Assembly (NCBI GenBank): GCA_001643675.2
Contig: LSRY02000011.1
Span: 1,674,001 to 1,738,000 of the forward strand
Direction: 5' to 3'
DNA: 64,000 bases
From: Monocercomonoides exilis PA203
Taxonomy: Eukaryota > Protista > Preaxostyla
Shown: piece by piece, positions 50,701 through 60,862 of the stretch
Position numbering within the stretch: the stretch's first letter is position 1
How the letters are laid out: every line of letters begins with the position of its first letter
The notes under the pieces: model-generated
Databases searched by the model: none
Seen by the model: only the letters and a program-made list of their open reading frames with translations
What the model was told of the DNA's origin: nothing
Program-made: the position numbers and the translations under genes

Positions 50701-53700
50701 GTTGGAGAGGCGAGCTGTGGAGGAGGCTTCTTCTTGCAATTTGATTCGTCTGGAGTGAGCTACTCGATGAGGAATGTGCATTTTTCAGGAAACGAGGCAG
50801 GACCGGGATCGGATGTGTTTGTGGTGTGTCCGACGCCTCGCATCACGATTGATCGGAATCGGTGGGTGGGATCAGCCGTGGAGGGGCAAGAAAACAAGAC
50901 GATGTGGGTGATGGACAATGAGGAGCCACCGCTTGTGAATGCGACTCTGCTGAAATACCTGTTTCCGACAAAGGACAACATCATTTTTGTGAATACGGAG
51001 CATGGCTACAATGAGTCGTGTGGAGAGGAAGACTATCCATGCAACGAGCTGGGAGTGGGATTTGGGTGTCTGGGGACGGAGAAGGATGTTTTGCAGATCA
51101 TGCATGGAACTGAGCTTGTTATGGAGATCGAGCGGAATGAAGCGCCACTGACGATCCGAGGAGGCGATGGAGCAGGAGCCACTTCAGTGCTAAATGTCAG
51201 ATCCACAGGGCACATTGTGCTTGCTGCATACGTGCCAGAAATTGTGCTTTCGATTGAGCGAATCGCATTCAGACTTCCTCCACCTCCTGCAGCACACAGA
51301 GAGTTTGTTCTGGTGAGTTATGGAAAGGCGTATTTTGTGTCATGCACATTTGGGCAAGCGGAAGGGCAGGAGTTGGAAAGCGCAGAATGCGGGATGTGGA
51401 TTGCATTGTGCATCGGAGGAGAGCTTGAACTGAATCATGTGGAAGTGAAGCAAATGGATTATGGAGCAGGAAGAGGAATTCTCAGTGTGGAGGGGAGTGG
51501 AGAAGTTGCGGTGGTTGATACGAATGTTTCTTTTGTGAATGGTGCTGGGAGTGGTTTGGTGAGCGTTGTGGGCACAGCTCATTTATCGATGGAGAATAGC
51601 ACGATGGAAGATTGCAGCACGATCGATGGAGGAGTTGTGCACATGGAAGGCGAATGTGGATTGGATGTTACAAATGAATGTGCATTTTGTCGATGCACTT
51701 GCAGCAAAGGAAATGGAGGGTGGCTGAGTGCTGGATTGTCACAAGAAGGCTGTGTGCACATTGAAGATGCAAAGATCGAGGGGTGTGAGGCACATTCAGG
51801 GAATGAAGCAAATGGAGGAAAAGGTGGGGGAATAATGTTTGCGTTTGAGGATGATTTTGCTGGAGATTACTTGCTGAAATCCATTTTGTTTGCGGATAAT
51901 GCGGCTGAACTGGGGCGAGATCTGTTTGTTGAGTGCAAGAGCTTGAATGAGACAGTGGCTCCAGCGCGATTTGAGGGAGTGTGTGGAGACAAAGCAGACG
52001 GCTCGGCAGATATGTGGGGATGGGATCGTACGATTTTGGATGGGAATGAAGTTAGTTTGGATATGTTTCTTGTTCAGCTTGTCAGCACTCGGATCTGCAT
52101 CTCATCTCTCACTGGGCTTGACCTCCTTGGGTGTGGGGATGATGCGCTCCCTTGTTGCTCGTTCTGGCGAGCTGTTTCGAACACGGATCCAGCCAGCTCG
52201 GAAAGGGAGCTTGCTATTGAGGGAAGTGCATCGATCGAGGATGAGTACAATCTGTCGAACTTTGATATCTGTTCAAAGAATGAGTCTGAATGGGCAGAGG
52301 TTGCAGTCCGTTCATCGATCCCAGCTGGCCATTTGTCAGCTGTTATTGTGAATGAAAATGCGCTGAAACTGTGCCGTATCAGCTTTGTGATGCCATGCAG
52401 GTTTGAAGCCCCGAGAAATGCACTGATTGGATCGAGCGGCGAACATTCTCAGCTGCATGTTCTCAACTGTTCATTTGCTTGCGAGGCATCTGAGGCAGTG
52501 GAGTTTAGTGTTGTGCATGCTGATGGTGGGGCAGTTCAAGTTGAGGGATGCTCAATGAGAACTGTCAGTTGTATGAATGCTCCCTTTCGCATGAATGGAA
52601 CATTGACCTTTTCAAATTGCACATTTGCAAGACTCTCAACACCAGGATCTTCTGAAGGTGGAGCATTGCGATTGGGATTGGGGATGAGCTTTTCATTGAA
52701 GATGGAAAACACAACCATACAAGGATGCTCGTGTTCTGCGACTGAAGGGAGTGGAGGAGGGTTGTTTCTTGATTGTGCTGATTCTTCGAATGAGTGCCTC
52801 TTCACGTTTAAAGAAATGACCATGAGTGAAAACAACGCAAACCAGGGGAAGAACATGTATATTTGTGGGGCTGATCTCAACAAATCGGTGACAAGAGATG
52901 CATTCGACTTCGACTTCAGCTCAGCCATAAAAGATGAAAACATGTTTGTTGGCCGAGACGGCTTGCTGGGTCAAGTTGATCTGCTGATATTCCTTGTTGG
53001 ATATGAAGGAATGGAAGTTGCGGTTTCCGAAACTGGAGTTGATGTTGCAAGATGTGGAGGCACTGCACTGCCATGCTGCACATTCTGGAAGGCAATGCAG
53101 CAGTTCAGTCCGAGCAGCGTGAACATAACGCACATGCTGTTTATTGAAGAATCTGCCTTGTTGCGCAACTCCTTTGACGTCTCTGATTTTTCCATCACAT
53201 CAGAAGCTGGCTCGACTGGCGAGCGCCAAGTGTCAAGCATTGCGTGTGAAGGAGAAGTGGATGGATCTGACTCTGCGTTGCTTTTAAACAGCAGAACGCT
53301 GAACATGTCGAATGTGTGCATCTCGATCAGAGGGGTGTTTGGGAACAGAGAAGGAGCAGTGGTGGCAAGCGAGAGCGGGGATTTGATGTTTTTCGGGTGC
53401 ATATTTGAGACGCGGGTGGGTGTGGATGAGGCGAGCGATGTGGGGTTTGTGACTGTGAAGAGCGGAGGGGTGACCATGAAAGATCATGAAATGAGAAATG
53501 TTCATTCATCCCGAGCTGTGGTTGCTGTGCATGGAGGGTGCATGTGCGATGTTGATGGGCTGATTGCAGAGCACGTGGAGCTTGAGGATGTCTGCTTGTT
53601 CAGTTTTACTCGCAGTTTGGAGGGGCAATATCAAAGTCAGAGGCAGAGCCAGGAGATGAGCGCCAGATATGGAAATGGAGTAATTTGCACAACAGCACGT

Positions 53701-56700
53701 GTGAAGAACTCATCATTTATCACAGTGACAAGAGAAGGGAATGGGAGTGCTGTTGTTGAGTGCACAGGCGCAGGCTCTGGTGTGCACGGTGACGCTGAGT
53801 GCACGCGACTGCAAGTGAATGGAACGCGGTTTGAAGGATGCCGAGCGGGTGCAGGAGAGAAGGGGGGAGCGATGCTGTTTCTGCTGCAGGAAGGCGGGAG
53901 CATGAGCATGCGCGACAGCAGCATTATTCAGTGTGGATGCTCGATGGAGCGTGGCCGAGGAGGCGGGGTGTATGTGGAGAGCTGGGTGAATGGAGCGCTT
54001 GAGATGCTGTTTTCGCGAATGACGCTCAAAGCCAACACAGCGAAAGTTGGGAACGATATTTTTATCCGGTGTGAGTCGATTGAGACGCAGATCAACGAGA
54101 CGCTGTTCCAGATTGATGTGAATGGAGACGGGTTCAATGTGGTGAATGCCATCTTTGGGATCGATCTTGTTCACCGAGATCCTGTTGATCTGATGAACTT
54201 CATCAGCATATTCCAGTCAAGCACGATTCTTGTGAGTTCTGCGGCTGGCAGCAACGGAAGCAACGAGCGGCAGTGTGGGATATTTGATCTTCCGTGCCTT
54301 TCTGTGGAATATGGGCTGGCGCATGTTTCAGGGAGATATGCAAGGATGCTCCTTGTGCACACAGCATCAGGACTTTGTGGCGAGGCAGACTTTGATTCAG
54401 TTCAGGTGGGCGCAGCAGAGGGCACGATTTGTAGTGTTGATGTTGCATCAGGAATGAATTGCACGCGCTCTTCGGTTGGCATCACCGCAGGCAAGGTGGG
54501 GTTCACAGGAGTTCAGTTTGTGTTTCCTGCAGCGTTTGCATCGGAGCATTTTGTTTTCCTTGAAGCACAAAATGGGAGTCTCTCAATCACATCTTGCAGT
54601 TTCGCTGCACATTCTGTTGGTCAGTCCTCAACGAATGCTGCTGCTGCGGATGAATCATTTAGCATCATCCCGTTCACCCTCATTTGTGCAGAAACAGCAT
54701 CGATTGTTGTGTCTGGCCTCAAGATTATGAGTCTGGAACTGGGATCGCCTTCTCCGCTGATTAAAGTGGGAAGCATTTCAGCGACATTCCATTTTTTGCA
54801 TTTATCGAACGTGAGATTGGAGAATTCAGCAGTATCAATAACCCAGCAGAATTCAGGCGCTGAGGGTAATTTGGAAAGCCAGGGTTTTGAGCTTGCATCG
54901 TCAGTCTTTGAGAATGTGACATGCCCCTCGGCAGAAGGTGGCATTATTGCTTCAAAGGCATGTGAAATGCCGCTGAGGCTGTGCAACTGCTCTGTTTCAA
55001 AATGCACGCTTCAAAGTCAGAAAGGGTGTGTTGCCTTGTTGGATTCATGCAGAAACGTCACGATGGATGTCTGTGCATTTTCAGGAACAGGCGTTGGCTC
55101 GACTGCAAATGGCAATGCTGAATTCAGGGATATCCAGGAATGGATCTGCAGATGGAATGGATCGGCTGTGATGCTTGTGAACAGCACAGCAACGCTGAAG
55201 GACACAAGGATTTCAGATATGGAAATGGGGGGATTGAGCGTTGAAGGTGGGAAGGCAAGAGTGGAAAAGGGGGAGTTTGCGGGTAACAGTGCAGGAATCA
55301 GAAACTATGAATCGGCGAGAAGGAATGTTCTATGCTTTGGCAGCGCATCATTGGAGATTGAAAGTTTGAAAGGGGGAGACGGGCTGAAAGAGAACAGTTC
55401 GATGTGGATTTCGTCTGACAATGGCTGCAAGCTTGGTGGGCTGGCGGCCGAGAGGGCATCGCCATTTTTCATTCCTGTTTTGAGGAATGTGGAAGCTGTG
55501 AAAGATGGAAAGAAGATAGATATTGTGTTTGAAGGGCAGCTTCTGATGCCGTGTAACCTGGGGATGCGACTCACATTCACAAGAGGGGATGAAAAAGAGA
55601 TTGTAAGGGGAATATTTGGAGAAGACAATTTTGTATCAGAGAACGAAGTCCATTCATCAATCGAAGATTCTGGAGCTGGATGGGATGAAGAACAAACAGA
55701 AGTGAGTGTTAGCATTCTATTTGGAAAATCAGATTCTCCTTCATCAACAACAGATTTCATTCTGAAGAATAGAAGCGAGCTAAAAGCAAATGGAAATGAT
55801 AAACTTGTTGAAGGCAAAAATGGATATGGATCTTCTTCAACGGTGATAATTGTCATTTTGGTTGTGATGTTGTTGATTGTTCTAATAATTTCTGTGATAT
55901 TCATTGTTCGATGGAGAAAGCAAAAGAGAAGAACCGAAGAATTGGAGATCATTGTGGAGGATACGGTGAAAAAGGATCCGAAACTGATTGAGATGATGAC
56001 GATGGAAATGTCACCTGAAGAGAGGTGGAGAAGAGTGGAGAGGGAAGCAGAGAAGAAGAATGAAGAGAGGATTAAGAAGAGAATATATGAGACGAATATG
56101 GAACATTCCGAATCGTCAGAGCACCTTCTTTCTGAAAGTGGTTCCACTGAATATATTCTTGGAAGAGACTCAGACAAGATTCCTGAATGGATGCTGGAGA
56201 AAGTGGATGACAAAGAGGAAGAAGATGAAACAAGAAAGAGAACACCATCACCATCCATCTCTTCCACTTCATCCACATCAACAACTGATTCAGATTCAAC
56301 ATTTGTTAGAGGGGAGGATCTATGTCCAACCACCTCATCGATGTCGAATCTTGTGGATGCAATGGCATGCTCAGTTCCTCACGAGAAGCTGATTGTGGAT
56401 CTGAGGGATTCACTGTTCATACTGCTTCATGGAAGGAACGGGAAGAAAGAGATGGCGATTGGCACTCTTCAGGAGAGGGAGCTGACAGCTGCTCAGATCC
56501 TGTTCTGGGTGGCGAACGGTGCACTCCACTCATTTGACGAAATGGAAAACCCTCTTTCTTCTCTTGCGAATCTGAGTCCGCACATTGTTCTGTTCTCTGA
56601 GCACATGGTGATCACAATAGCGATGCACTCAGACTGCTCGTCAGACTCGGATTCAGACTCATCATCCATCTCATCATCAACTGTTGCGACATCTGCCAGC

Positions 56701-57168
56701 GATGATGATAGAGACTCTCTGCCCTCTTCAGCGTTTGAGGATGAAGATGACAACAGGAAGGAATGCATGCGATGGAAGGCACCTGAATTGTTGATGAATA
56801 ATAAAATGGGAGCAACAAAGAAAACAGCTGTGTTTTCGATTGGGATGATGCTGTGGGAGTGTTTGACGCTGAAGGTGCCGTTTGGGGAGTATGAGGCAGA
56901 GATGGCTGGGTGGATGATCAAAGAAAGAGGACTGCCGAACATGGGAGTTGTTGAGAACAGCCAGCTGCGAGATGCAGTGTGCAGCATGCTGCAGTTTGAG
57001 GCAGAAAACCGCCCACGGCTGAGAGACCTGAAGCGAGAATTCATCCGATACTGTCCGGCAAGCATGGCGACTTTCACTGTTTCGGATGCAATCGGATTAG
57101 AAGAAAGCGGAAGATGTGGAAGTGGGAATGAGAGTGTGAGTGGAAGTGAAATAGCAGAGAGAAAATGA
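44722..57168 (+). CDS. Giant (~4150 aa) type I membrane protein: beta-helix/pectin-lyase-like repeats, one TM helix, cytoplasmic kinase-like remnant
   Basis: N-terminal hydrophobic signal; GGA-x-Y and F..C/N..G.D repeats; eight CG-x4-(P)C modules; TM VIIVILVVMLLIVLIISVIFIV-RWRK; C-terminal RWKAPELL, VFSIGMMLWE..T...PF and ENRP kinase C-lobe motifs. Confidence 0.85.
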   Translation: MAGRLLDWVVFVCASIINAYCLNDDDTESSCMQRHSLPVPTPHIPQVRVTKTVISCSSSLQFENSSALLRCLTFAASGSISPRFNLSSTFVQIIESTVECDVHGITSPFWSCDGSICLENVTFVNPSSCSVIAPLVSQHPCAASSFPQAFELSSSSIHSFVLTSSPFLPSAPFISANIHRSTFSNITLSPDFSLENDNRFGPRETSMSNTVFTNVKNVYDGGIVRSVNAPENSLVCTNCSFLFCNRGLSNDTRQRHPSRVTYSNKSCSFNDSLFTFTSEGQGGAIYVGGNGSLCVYRCTFKDCHSMDRGGAMFCSYFSHCFVCDSDFCGCKAESADGAITYWHGNHHLTKSCVFVNCTSGSFFGAMNCEGVPIDNLLLNCTFSYCCCNKSYAGVLGIPYPLAEFYIVDSLFEHSSSAQAAGAISLYGSSDNSSMNWKFLLFRNNTSPLGNDVQAVSSMADKVNKSQFVSCFSSSQQPRFIHCPKSGSCSSANNEADWLPDPSPVEINVKGAGEDLASCGGEGSECKTVGHALTRSISVLSQRILLHSEGFTVGHIEVDMQYIVVKAKFPSQEQGSRPAITTSTSAEVFCNVVEGLLSVEGVDIIHSSGKWPSTSLFRVAADGKLVLAGMTISSATGDVASFTCSVVEILSSGASMELERVCFSKIKTEKPVLSFVDNAQLHIAEVSFSGVERTAGNGGVLEVKVQAGETVELMNMSFSSCSCSNGNGGGMCVEADSGAKVAVGNGSSPSGGVAFGACVASKLGGGIYLRLGDGSVDVRLNGLTFTGCSASAGRDAFVNAYNMKKAVENRLISFGIEMSDVHCVEGYERSTTNERFVIPVVVYLWENRSTRAYVSNGNERGADFTGCGFAEYPCRSVEGAVQMRFGESDRRLRLCEGFVFDHELALDARSFDIDADAKGSVKVHVESVDAAGGAGLVMCSVGVVFTNLTFELGGRVGAKKSFLHCASGSLRVKDCSMSMALDTTRVHYSLISVSSGILTIVGFVVSRENNVVFEGAAVVEVSGSGSCTVSEMQLNGTTTSSTAGLVHISSSGTTAVKYSNFSDAVLPCGGVVCSTCIKSVEVSNSTFDNITRSSGDGSCICFGEANSGCKGSGEAEILNCTMKNCHVSGEAACGGAVAVDIGGESVVNVRDCRMEECSARFGVGSNGKGGAMFLALRSSTSFFTLGAVLAFTSNSAKFGNDVFVEAPKLDLAVTTSSFQFFDKNQPFSRDAACGTDSRWENVAIPLVFYLMEREQDVSVAGGGEDVTICGFAEYPCKTISFGLTLQPAEKSILLPAEFDLCEYLHLRDSFGCQIGSEPQSSTSSSLCTMRMLGDGSAVEEYVGVEQDVRICNVRFAVDCCMRQPEKGLFVVSSDSGMCKMSGCGVCMSTSASRGAEAAVRSEFCVVEKGKLELVEFLAESLKVEHFGLICVCGTGVCVVNGCIVNNCEWTSERSVFEYSSSGSMSMEGVVVENVGCSSCSVIEDANGSSLVVENSTFGKVTRGMGNGSVIRCDAEDASSVVEIWNITVSEAAAVDGCGGALSTIVGDCAHVKIGGGIETKSAFCLCQAGMGSQRESKEGAEYRAVRIVDGNGNGLGGAVHVKCMGTAENVAFTEMLFGAGVQANRAEWLGKNMFVEGDDLSKIVKAEVFGFEIDVESNSTFEELNGFEGGNESYGIPLAVFLMDFDGLARVAGTDEGTGAADYRMCGVAQYPCVSVLFAASARFGEETASIVLTSSFEFQERIVLGSRQDVAIVAGADGSGGTINVSPDGSGEGESVVESKHNTTFRGMEFVLPASFVEVSRCCFMLCSSGTLAVDECSASRAGDGRISYSFLKATSGTASLSTFSIQDVGMGAVPVVEGRGVDARIVLDNVTLSGVSSECTTGLVVLSGGCSGDVQNSSVRAATTGNHCVIAISEASSARVENSNFTELVRRAGDGGVVAGDVSGGAKLEMKGCRLSGVACLEAGGKGGSMKMRAAVDGVVVCENNSVERSTLVGEASCGGGFFLQFDSSGVSYSMRNVHFSGNEAGPGSDVFVVCPTPRITIDRNRWVGSAVEGQENKTMWVMDNEEPPLVNATLLKYLFPTKDNIIFVNTEHGYNESCGEEDYPCNELGVGFGCLGTEKDVLQIMHGTELVMEIERNEAPLTIRGGDGAGATSVLNVRSTGHIVLAAYVPEIVLSIERIAFRLPPPPAAHREFVLVSYGKAYFVSCTFGQAEGQELESAECGMWIALCIGGELELNHVEVKQMDYGAGRGILSVEGSGEVAVVDTNVSFVNGAGSGLVSVVGTAHLSMENSTMEDCSTIDGGVVHMEGECGLDVTNECAFCRCTCSKGNGGWLSAGLSQEGCVHIEDAKIEGCEAHSGNEANGGKGGGIMFAFEDDFAGDYLLKSILFADNAAELGRDLFVECKSLNETVAPARFEGVCGDKADGSADMWGWDRTILDGNEVSLDMFLVQLVSTRICISSLTGLDLLGCGDDALPCCSFWRAVSNTDPASSERELAIEGSASIEDEYNLSNFDICSKNESEWAEVAVRSSIPAGHLSAVIVNENALKLCRISFVMPCRFEAPRNALIGSSGEHSQLHVLNCSFACEASEAVEFSVVHADGGAVQVEGCSMRTVSCMNAPFRMNGTLTFSNCTFARLSTPGSSEGGALRLGLGMSFSLKMENTTIQGCSCSATEGSGGGLFLDCADSSNECLFTFKEMTMSENNANQGKNMYICGADLNKSVTRDAFDFDFSSAIKDENMFVGRDGLLGQVDLLIFLVGYEGMEVAVSETGVDVARCGGTALPCCTFWKAMQQFSPSSVNITHMLFIEESALLRNSFDVSDFSITSEAGSTGERQVSSIACEGEVDGSDSALLLNSRTLNMSNVCISIRGVFGNREGAVVASESGDLMFFGCIFETRVGVDEASDVGFVTVKSGGVTMKDHEMRNVHSSRAVVAVHGGCMCDVDGLIAEHVELEDVCLFSFTRSLEGQYQSQRQSQEMSARYGNGVICTTARVKNSSFITVTREGNGSAVVECTGAGSGVHGDAECTRLQVNGTRFEGCRAGAGEKGGAMLFLLQEGGSMSMRDSSIIQCGCSMERGRGGGVYVESWVNGALEMLFSRMTLKANTAKVGNDIFIRCESIETQINETLFQIDVNGDGFNVVNAIFGIDLVHRDPVDLMNFISIFQSSTILVSSAAGSNGSNERQCGIFDLPCLSVEYGLAHVSGRYARMLLVHTASGLCGEADFDSVQVGAAEGTICSVDVASGMNCTRSSVGITAGKVGFTGVQFVFPAAFASEHFVFLEAQNGSLSITSCSFAAHSVGQSSTNAAAADESFSIIPFTLICAETASIVVSGLKIMSLELGSPSPLIKVGSISATFHFLHLSNVRLENSAVSITQQNSGAEGNLESQGFELASSVFENVTCPSAEGGIIASKACEMPLRLCNCSVSKCTLQSQKGCVALLDSCRNVTMDVCAFSGTGVGSTANGNAEFRDIQEWICRWNGSAVMLVNSTATLKDTRISDMEMGGLSVEGGKARVEKGEFAGNSAGIRNYESARRNVLCFGSASLEIESLKGGDGLKENSSMWISSDNGCKLGGLAAERASPFFIPVLRNVEAVKDGKKIDIVFEGQLLMPCNLGMRLTFTRGDEKEIVRGIFGEDNFVSENEVHSSIEDSGAGWDEEQTEVSVSILFGKSDSPSSTTDFILKNRSELKANGNDKLVEGKNGYGSSSTVIIVILVVMLLIVLIISVIFIVRWRKQKRRTEELEIIVEDTVKKDPKLIEMMTMEMSPEERWRRVEREAEKKNEERIKKRIYETNMEHSESSEHLLSESGSTEYILGRDSDKIPEWMLEKVDDKEEEDETRKRTPSPSISSTSSTSTTDSDSTFVRGEDLCPTTSSMSNLVDAMACSVPHEKLIVDLRDSLFILLHGRNGKKEMAIGTLQERELTAAQILFWVANGALHSFDEMENPLSSLANLSPHIVLFSEHMVITIAMHSDCSSDSDSDSSSISSSTVATSASDDDRDSLPSSAFEDEDDNRKECMRWKAPELLMNNKMGATKKTAVFSIGMMLWECLTLKVPFGEYEAEMAGWMIKERGLPNMGVVENSQLRDAVCSMLQFEAENRPRLRDLKREFIRYCPASMATFTVSDAIGLEESGRCGSGNESVSGSEIAERK

Positions 57169-57861
57169 AAAAAGAAAAGAGGATATTTGGGAGAAAACGA
57201 TAATGAATGAAGTTGTTAATGTGTTGGAGGGTTATGTGTTGGTTTGGGTTCTTGATTTTTGTTTCCTCACAGAGGAAAGAGAAGACACTTCATTTTTGTG
57301 GGTTGAGCTTTTCCATTTCAACAATAATCTTTAAATGCCATTTTTTTTTCAAATATTTATTTTCTGGATTTTTTATTTTGTGGCAATTCGCCAAATATAC
57401 ACAAAAACAAAATCCTAATTATCTGTGAAATAAAGAAATTATTATTTTCATGTTTGTTCAAAGCTATTATGAAAATGAGCAAAAATGCACTAATAATTCA
57501 TTTTTTTTCTTAATTATTGAACGAAAAGTCTCAACAAAAGCTGAAATAGTAAGTTGACAAAGAAGATTTTGAAAACATTTCCAACTTTCTTTATTTCCAG
57601 AGCATATTTCTTCACTTCTTTTATTTTCAAATTGTTTGTCGTAACTTGAATCTTCAATGATGCTGCAATTTCTTTCAGGAAAAAATGACGATTCTGCAAT
57701 AAATTGAACAATTCTTTTGATGTTTTCTCTCCATTATATTCTTTCTTTTTCTGATAATCACTTAATTGTCGTTTGTGATAAAAAATACTGAAATCCTGTT
57801 TCAGATTATACACACATATTTCACTCAAAAACAACGAAAAAGAAAGTGTAAAATGCACAAA

Positions 57862-60746
57862 CTACCATTTCAGACATTTGAAGAGTAAAAAACAAAGAAG
57901 TGCAATTAGCACATAGCAGCCAACTAATATTATTACTGGCTTTGATGATCCAGTGTCAGTGCCACCAGGAAGCCATACATTCATACTATTCAGGAGAAAG
58001 AGATATTAATGAATAATAATCAATGGAAAAGAAAAAAATTAAAAGAAAAAAAGATAACGAAAAAAGTGTAGTAAAAATAGCTCTCCATTGAATTGTCACA
58101 GATTTGCACACCCCCATGTTGATCCGATCAGCTGCATCATCCCAAATACGCACATTACAAGCGTCACATCTTTGGCTATTCTGTTCACCCTATTTGATGT
58201 GCGACTCAACTTCACCGAAAGCCAGCCAAGATAATTTGCTTGAGTGTTTGTGAGTGTTTCTTCAGATGACTCCACTTTTTCCACAAGAAACACAACCAAA
58301 TCAAACACAGAACGCAAATATCTTTTCGTCTGCGCGCAAACAAACCTAATCTCCTCCTTAGTTGCTGAACATAGAGAACTCAAAACTTCGCGATAAGGTT
58401 TCAGTCCGAAATGCAGCCAGTGGAGGCGTTCTCTGTCAGCGTCTATTCTGTTTAGCAGATCTTCTTGATCTCCTTCGTGATGCAAAGACTGTGCAAGTGC
58501 AAACAGCGTTTCAACCTGGAATTCAGAAAGTCATTAAAAGAGATGGTTATAAATCAAATGGAAAATGCTCACAATATTTTGGTACACAAAAAAAGAAAAG
58601 AAAAAAATTTGGATAAAATTTCAATGAATTTATAGAAAGATTTAAAATAAACAATGATATAAGCAAAGTATGTAAAAATCGTTTACAATATACTGTCATA
58701 CTTCTCGTTCAATTTGTTCAACATCATCTTTGTACTCCAAAACAAATGAGTTTAGAATCAAATAAAGCAAAAAATCAACTTTCATTGGTGATCTTTTCTT
58801 CTCGAATGCAATTTTTTCTCCAGCACAACCACGTTCGTCTGGAGGTGTGCCATCTGACAAATTGATGTTTTTGGGCAAAGATAAAGAAGAAGATGAAGAA
58901 GCCGAAGCCGATGAAGAGGAAGATAAAGATCTGCAACTTCTATGAATGCTTACAGAATTTATACCAATGCTATTAACTGGCAATTCTTTGACACTCGCAT
59001 GAGAATAAATTTTTCTTTTCATTTCATCTTCCTTTTCTTGAGCTTCAGAATTTTTCTCCTCTTGTTTAGGACGATTTTCATCAAGCAAAAGCTCTTTTCT
59101 TTCTGCTTTATCTGTTTGGCTATCCTTTGGATAAACTTCTCCAATAACATCTTCGCTTTCACCTCCTTTTCTTCTTCTAACTAATGGCAATTCAATGTTT
59201 TCGTCATCGTCTTCATCTTCTTCGTTTTCTGCACTCTCTTCTTCCAAAAGCGATGAAGCAACTTTCAGAGCACCATTCTCCTTCAGTTGCTGCATTGGCA
59301 TGGATATATATCTCCATTCAATGTCGTTCAAATCTTTTTCATTTTGCCCTTCTTCCAAATAATCGGAATATCTTCCTTTTTCATCGTGTATTGTCTCTGA
59401 ATTATTCATAGGAATTGAAGCTGATGATGATGAACATCTTAACAAAGAATTTGAAAGCTGAGTCGATGATGAAGATGGCAACTGGCTTTCCAGACGAAGA
59501 GAGTCTCCAAACGAATCAGTACTTAAGGATAGATGCTCGTGAGAAGTCTGTTCTTCTGGCAATAAGTGTTGCTTATTATCTTTTCCCTCTTCATTCATTT
59601 CTCCTTCGTCAACGCTAAGGTGTGCTCTCCTCCCTGGATGTGAATGTCCGCCTTCAAGAATACCTCTTTTCTCTGTTTCAACTGGCATCAGCATTGTTCT
59701 GCCTTGTCCTGAAACAATAACAGTGGCAGTTCTCCTCGGAGCATCTATTTCATAATCATTGTTCATTCCAAAGTGAATACTTTCTTCTTCTTCATCGCGA
59801 GATGGTTCAATAATCTTGCGTTCTTTTTGTTGTTGCTTTTTTCTAGAAATCTTCCATTTTTTATTCATTCCTTGCTCTTTTTTCCGTTCATTCTTTGTTT
59901 CCCCTTTCATCCTCGAAGTGTTTAAGTTTTTCGTAATAATTCGTGGAAGATCAGAAAAAAATGAATCATCCGTTTCCTCCTATAAATATAAAAATAAACA
60001 AGATATTAAATAAAGGTAAAGAGTTAAAAAAAAATTGCGTATAATATCAATATTTAGATGGAAATTGCTCAAAACCTCTTCACTATTTATAAACGCTTTC
60101 AAATCCTCCCATGCATCTGTAATTCCATTAATTTCATCTCTATGAAACGTAAGGAGAAAATAATCTCCAACAACAATTGAAACTTCCGTCAATTCTTTTT
60201 CTCCACTTTCAGCCATACAAATCATAAAAAGATAATTTGAAAATACTTCCCATTTAGCACTAGAGTCCTCCTTTATGATATCGTCCACTGTCAACTTATG
60301 TAGATAAAACATGTATCCTACTTTTTCGATATTTTCTTTGTTCATCTTCCCTTCAAAATCAATCCACATTTCATTATCAGTATTTGGTCCATTTGAAATC
60401 ATCTCTTTTACAAAATCTTCGAAATTATTTATTATAATGCGAGTTTCTTTCGTTACGATAGTTATTTTCAACATCTTAAAGTCATAAAACTTTGAAATCA
60501 ACCATAAAAGAATTCTCAATTATTAAATATGGTTTGAAAAGTGAATTTTGATAAAAAAAATTTTAATTCATTTTTGAAAATGCTTGAAAGAACGAGTTTT
60601 TGTATGGAAAAAATAAAATGTGAAATTATCTTGGAAATTATTTTTAATATTATTTCTAAATAAAAGGTAAAGTCAATTATCAAAAATGATAATGTATCTA
60701 TGTAACTACAGAATTCGATCAGTGCTAGATCGTATTCTTCTAACAT
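57862..60746 (-). CDS. CorA/Alr1-family Mg2+ transporter; multi-exon, 5' end uncertain
   Basis: Motifs WIDF, LLTFH and DDVEQIERE|VETL. The GMN signature is split by an intron (STWG|MNVWLPG), followed by a second TM helix ending in KW-stop at 57862. Confidence 0.85.
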
Positions 60747-60862
60747 TGTCACACGAGCTATCTTTACATTAAAAATTAATAAATTATTAAGATTATTATT
60801 GCTGAAATTTCCAAAAAAAGAATATAACTGCAAGATCATCTTGAATAAAAAAAGCCTTATTT

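Noticed and set aside
44789-57077. Numerous antisense or alternative-frame ORFs (up to 342 aa) within long genes
   Set aside because: They are shadows of biased codon usage and low-complexity sequence, with no independent motifs.
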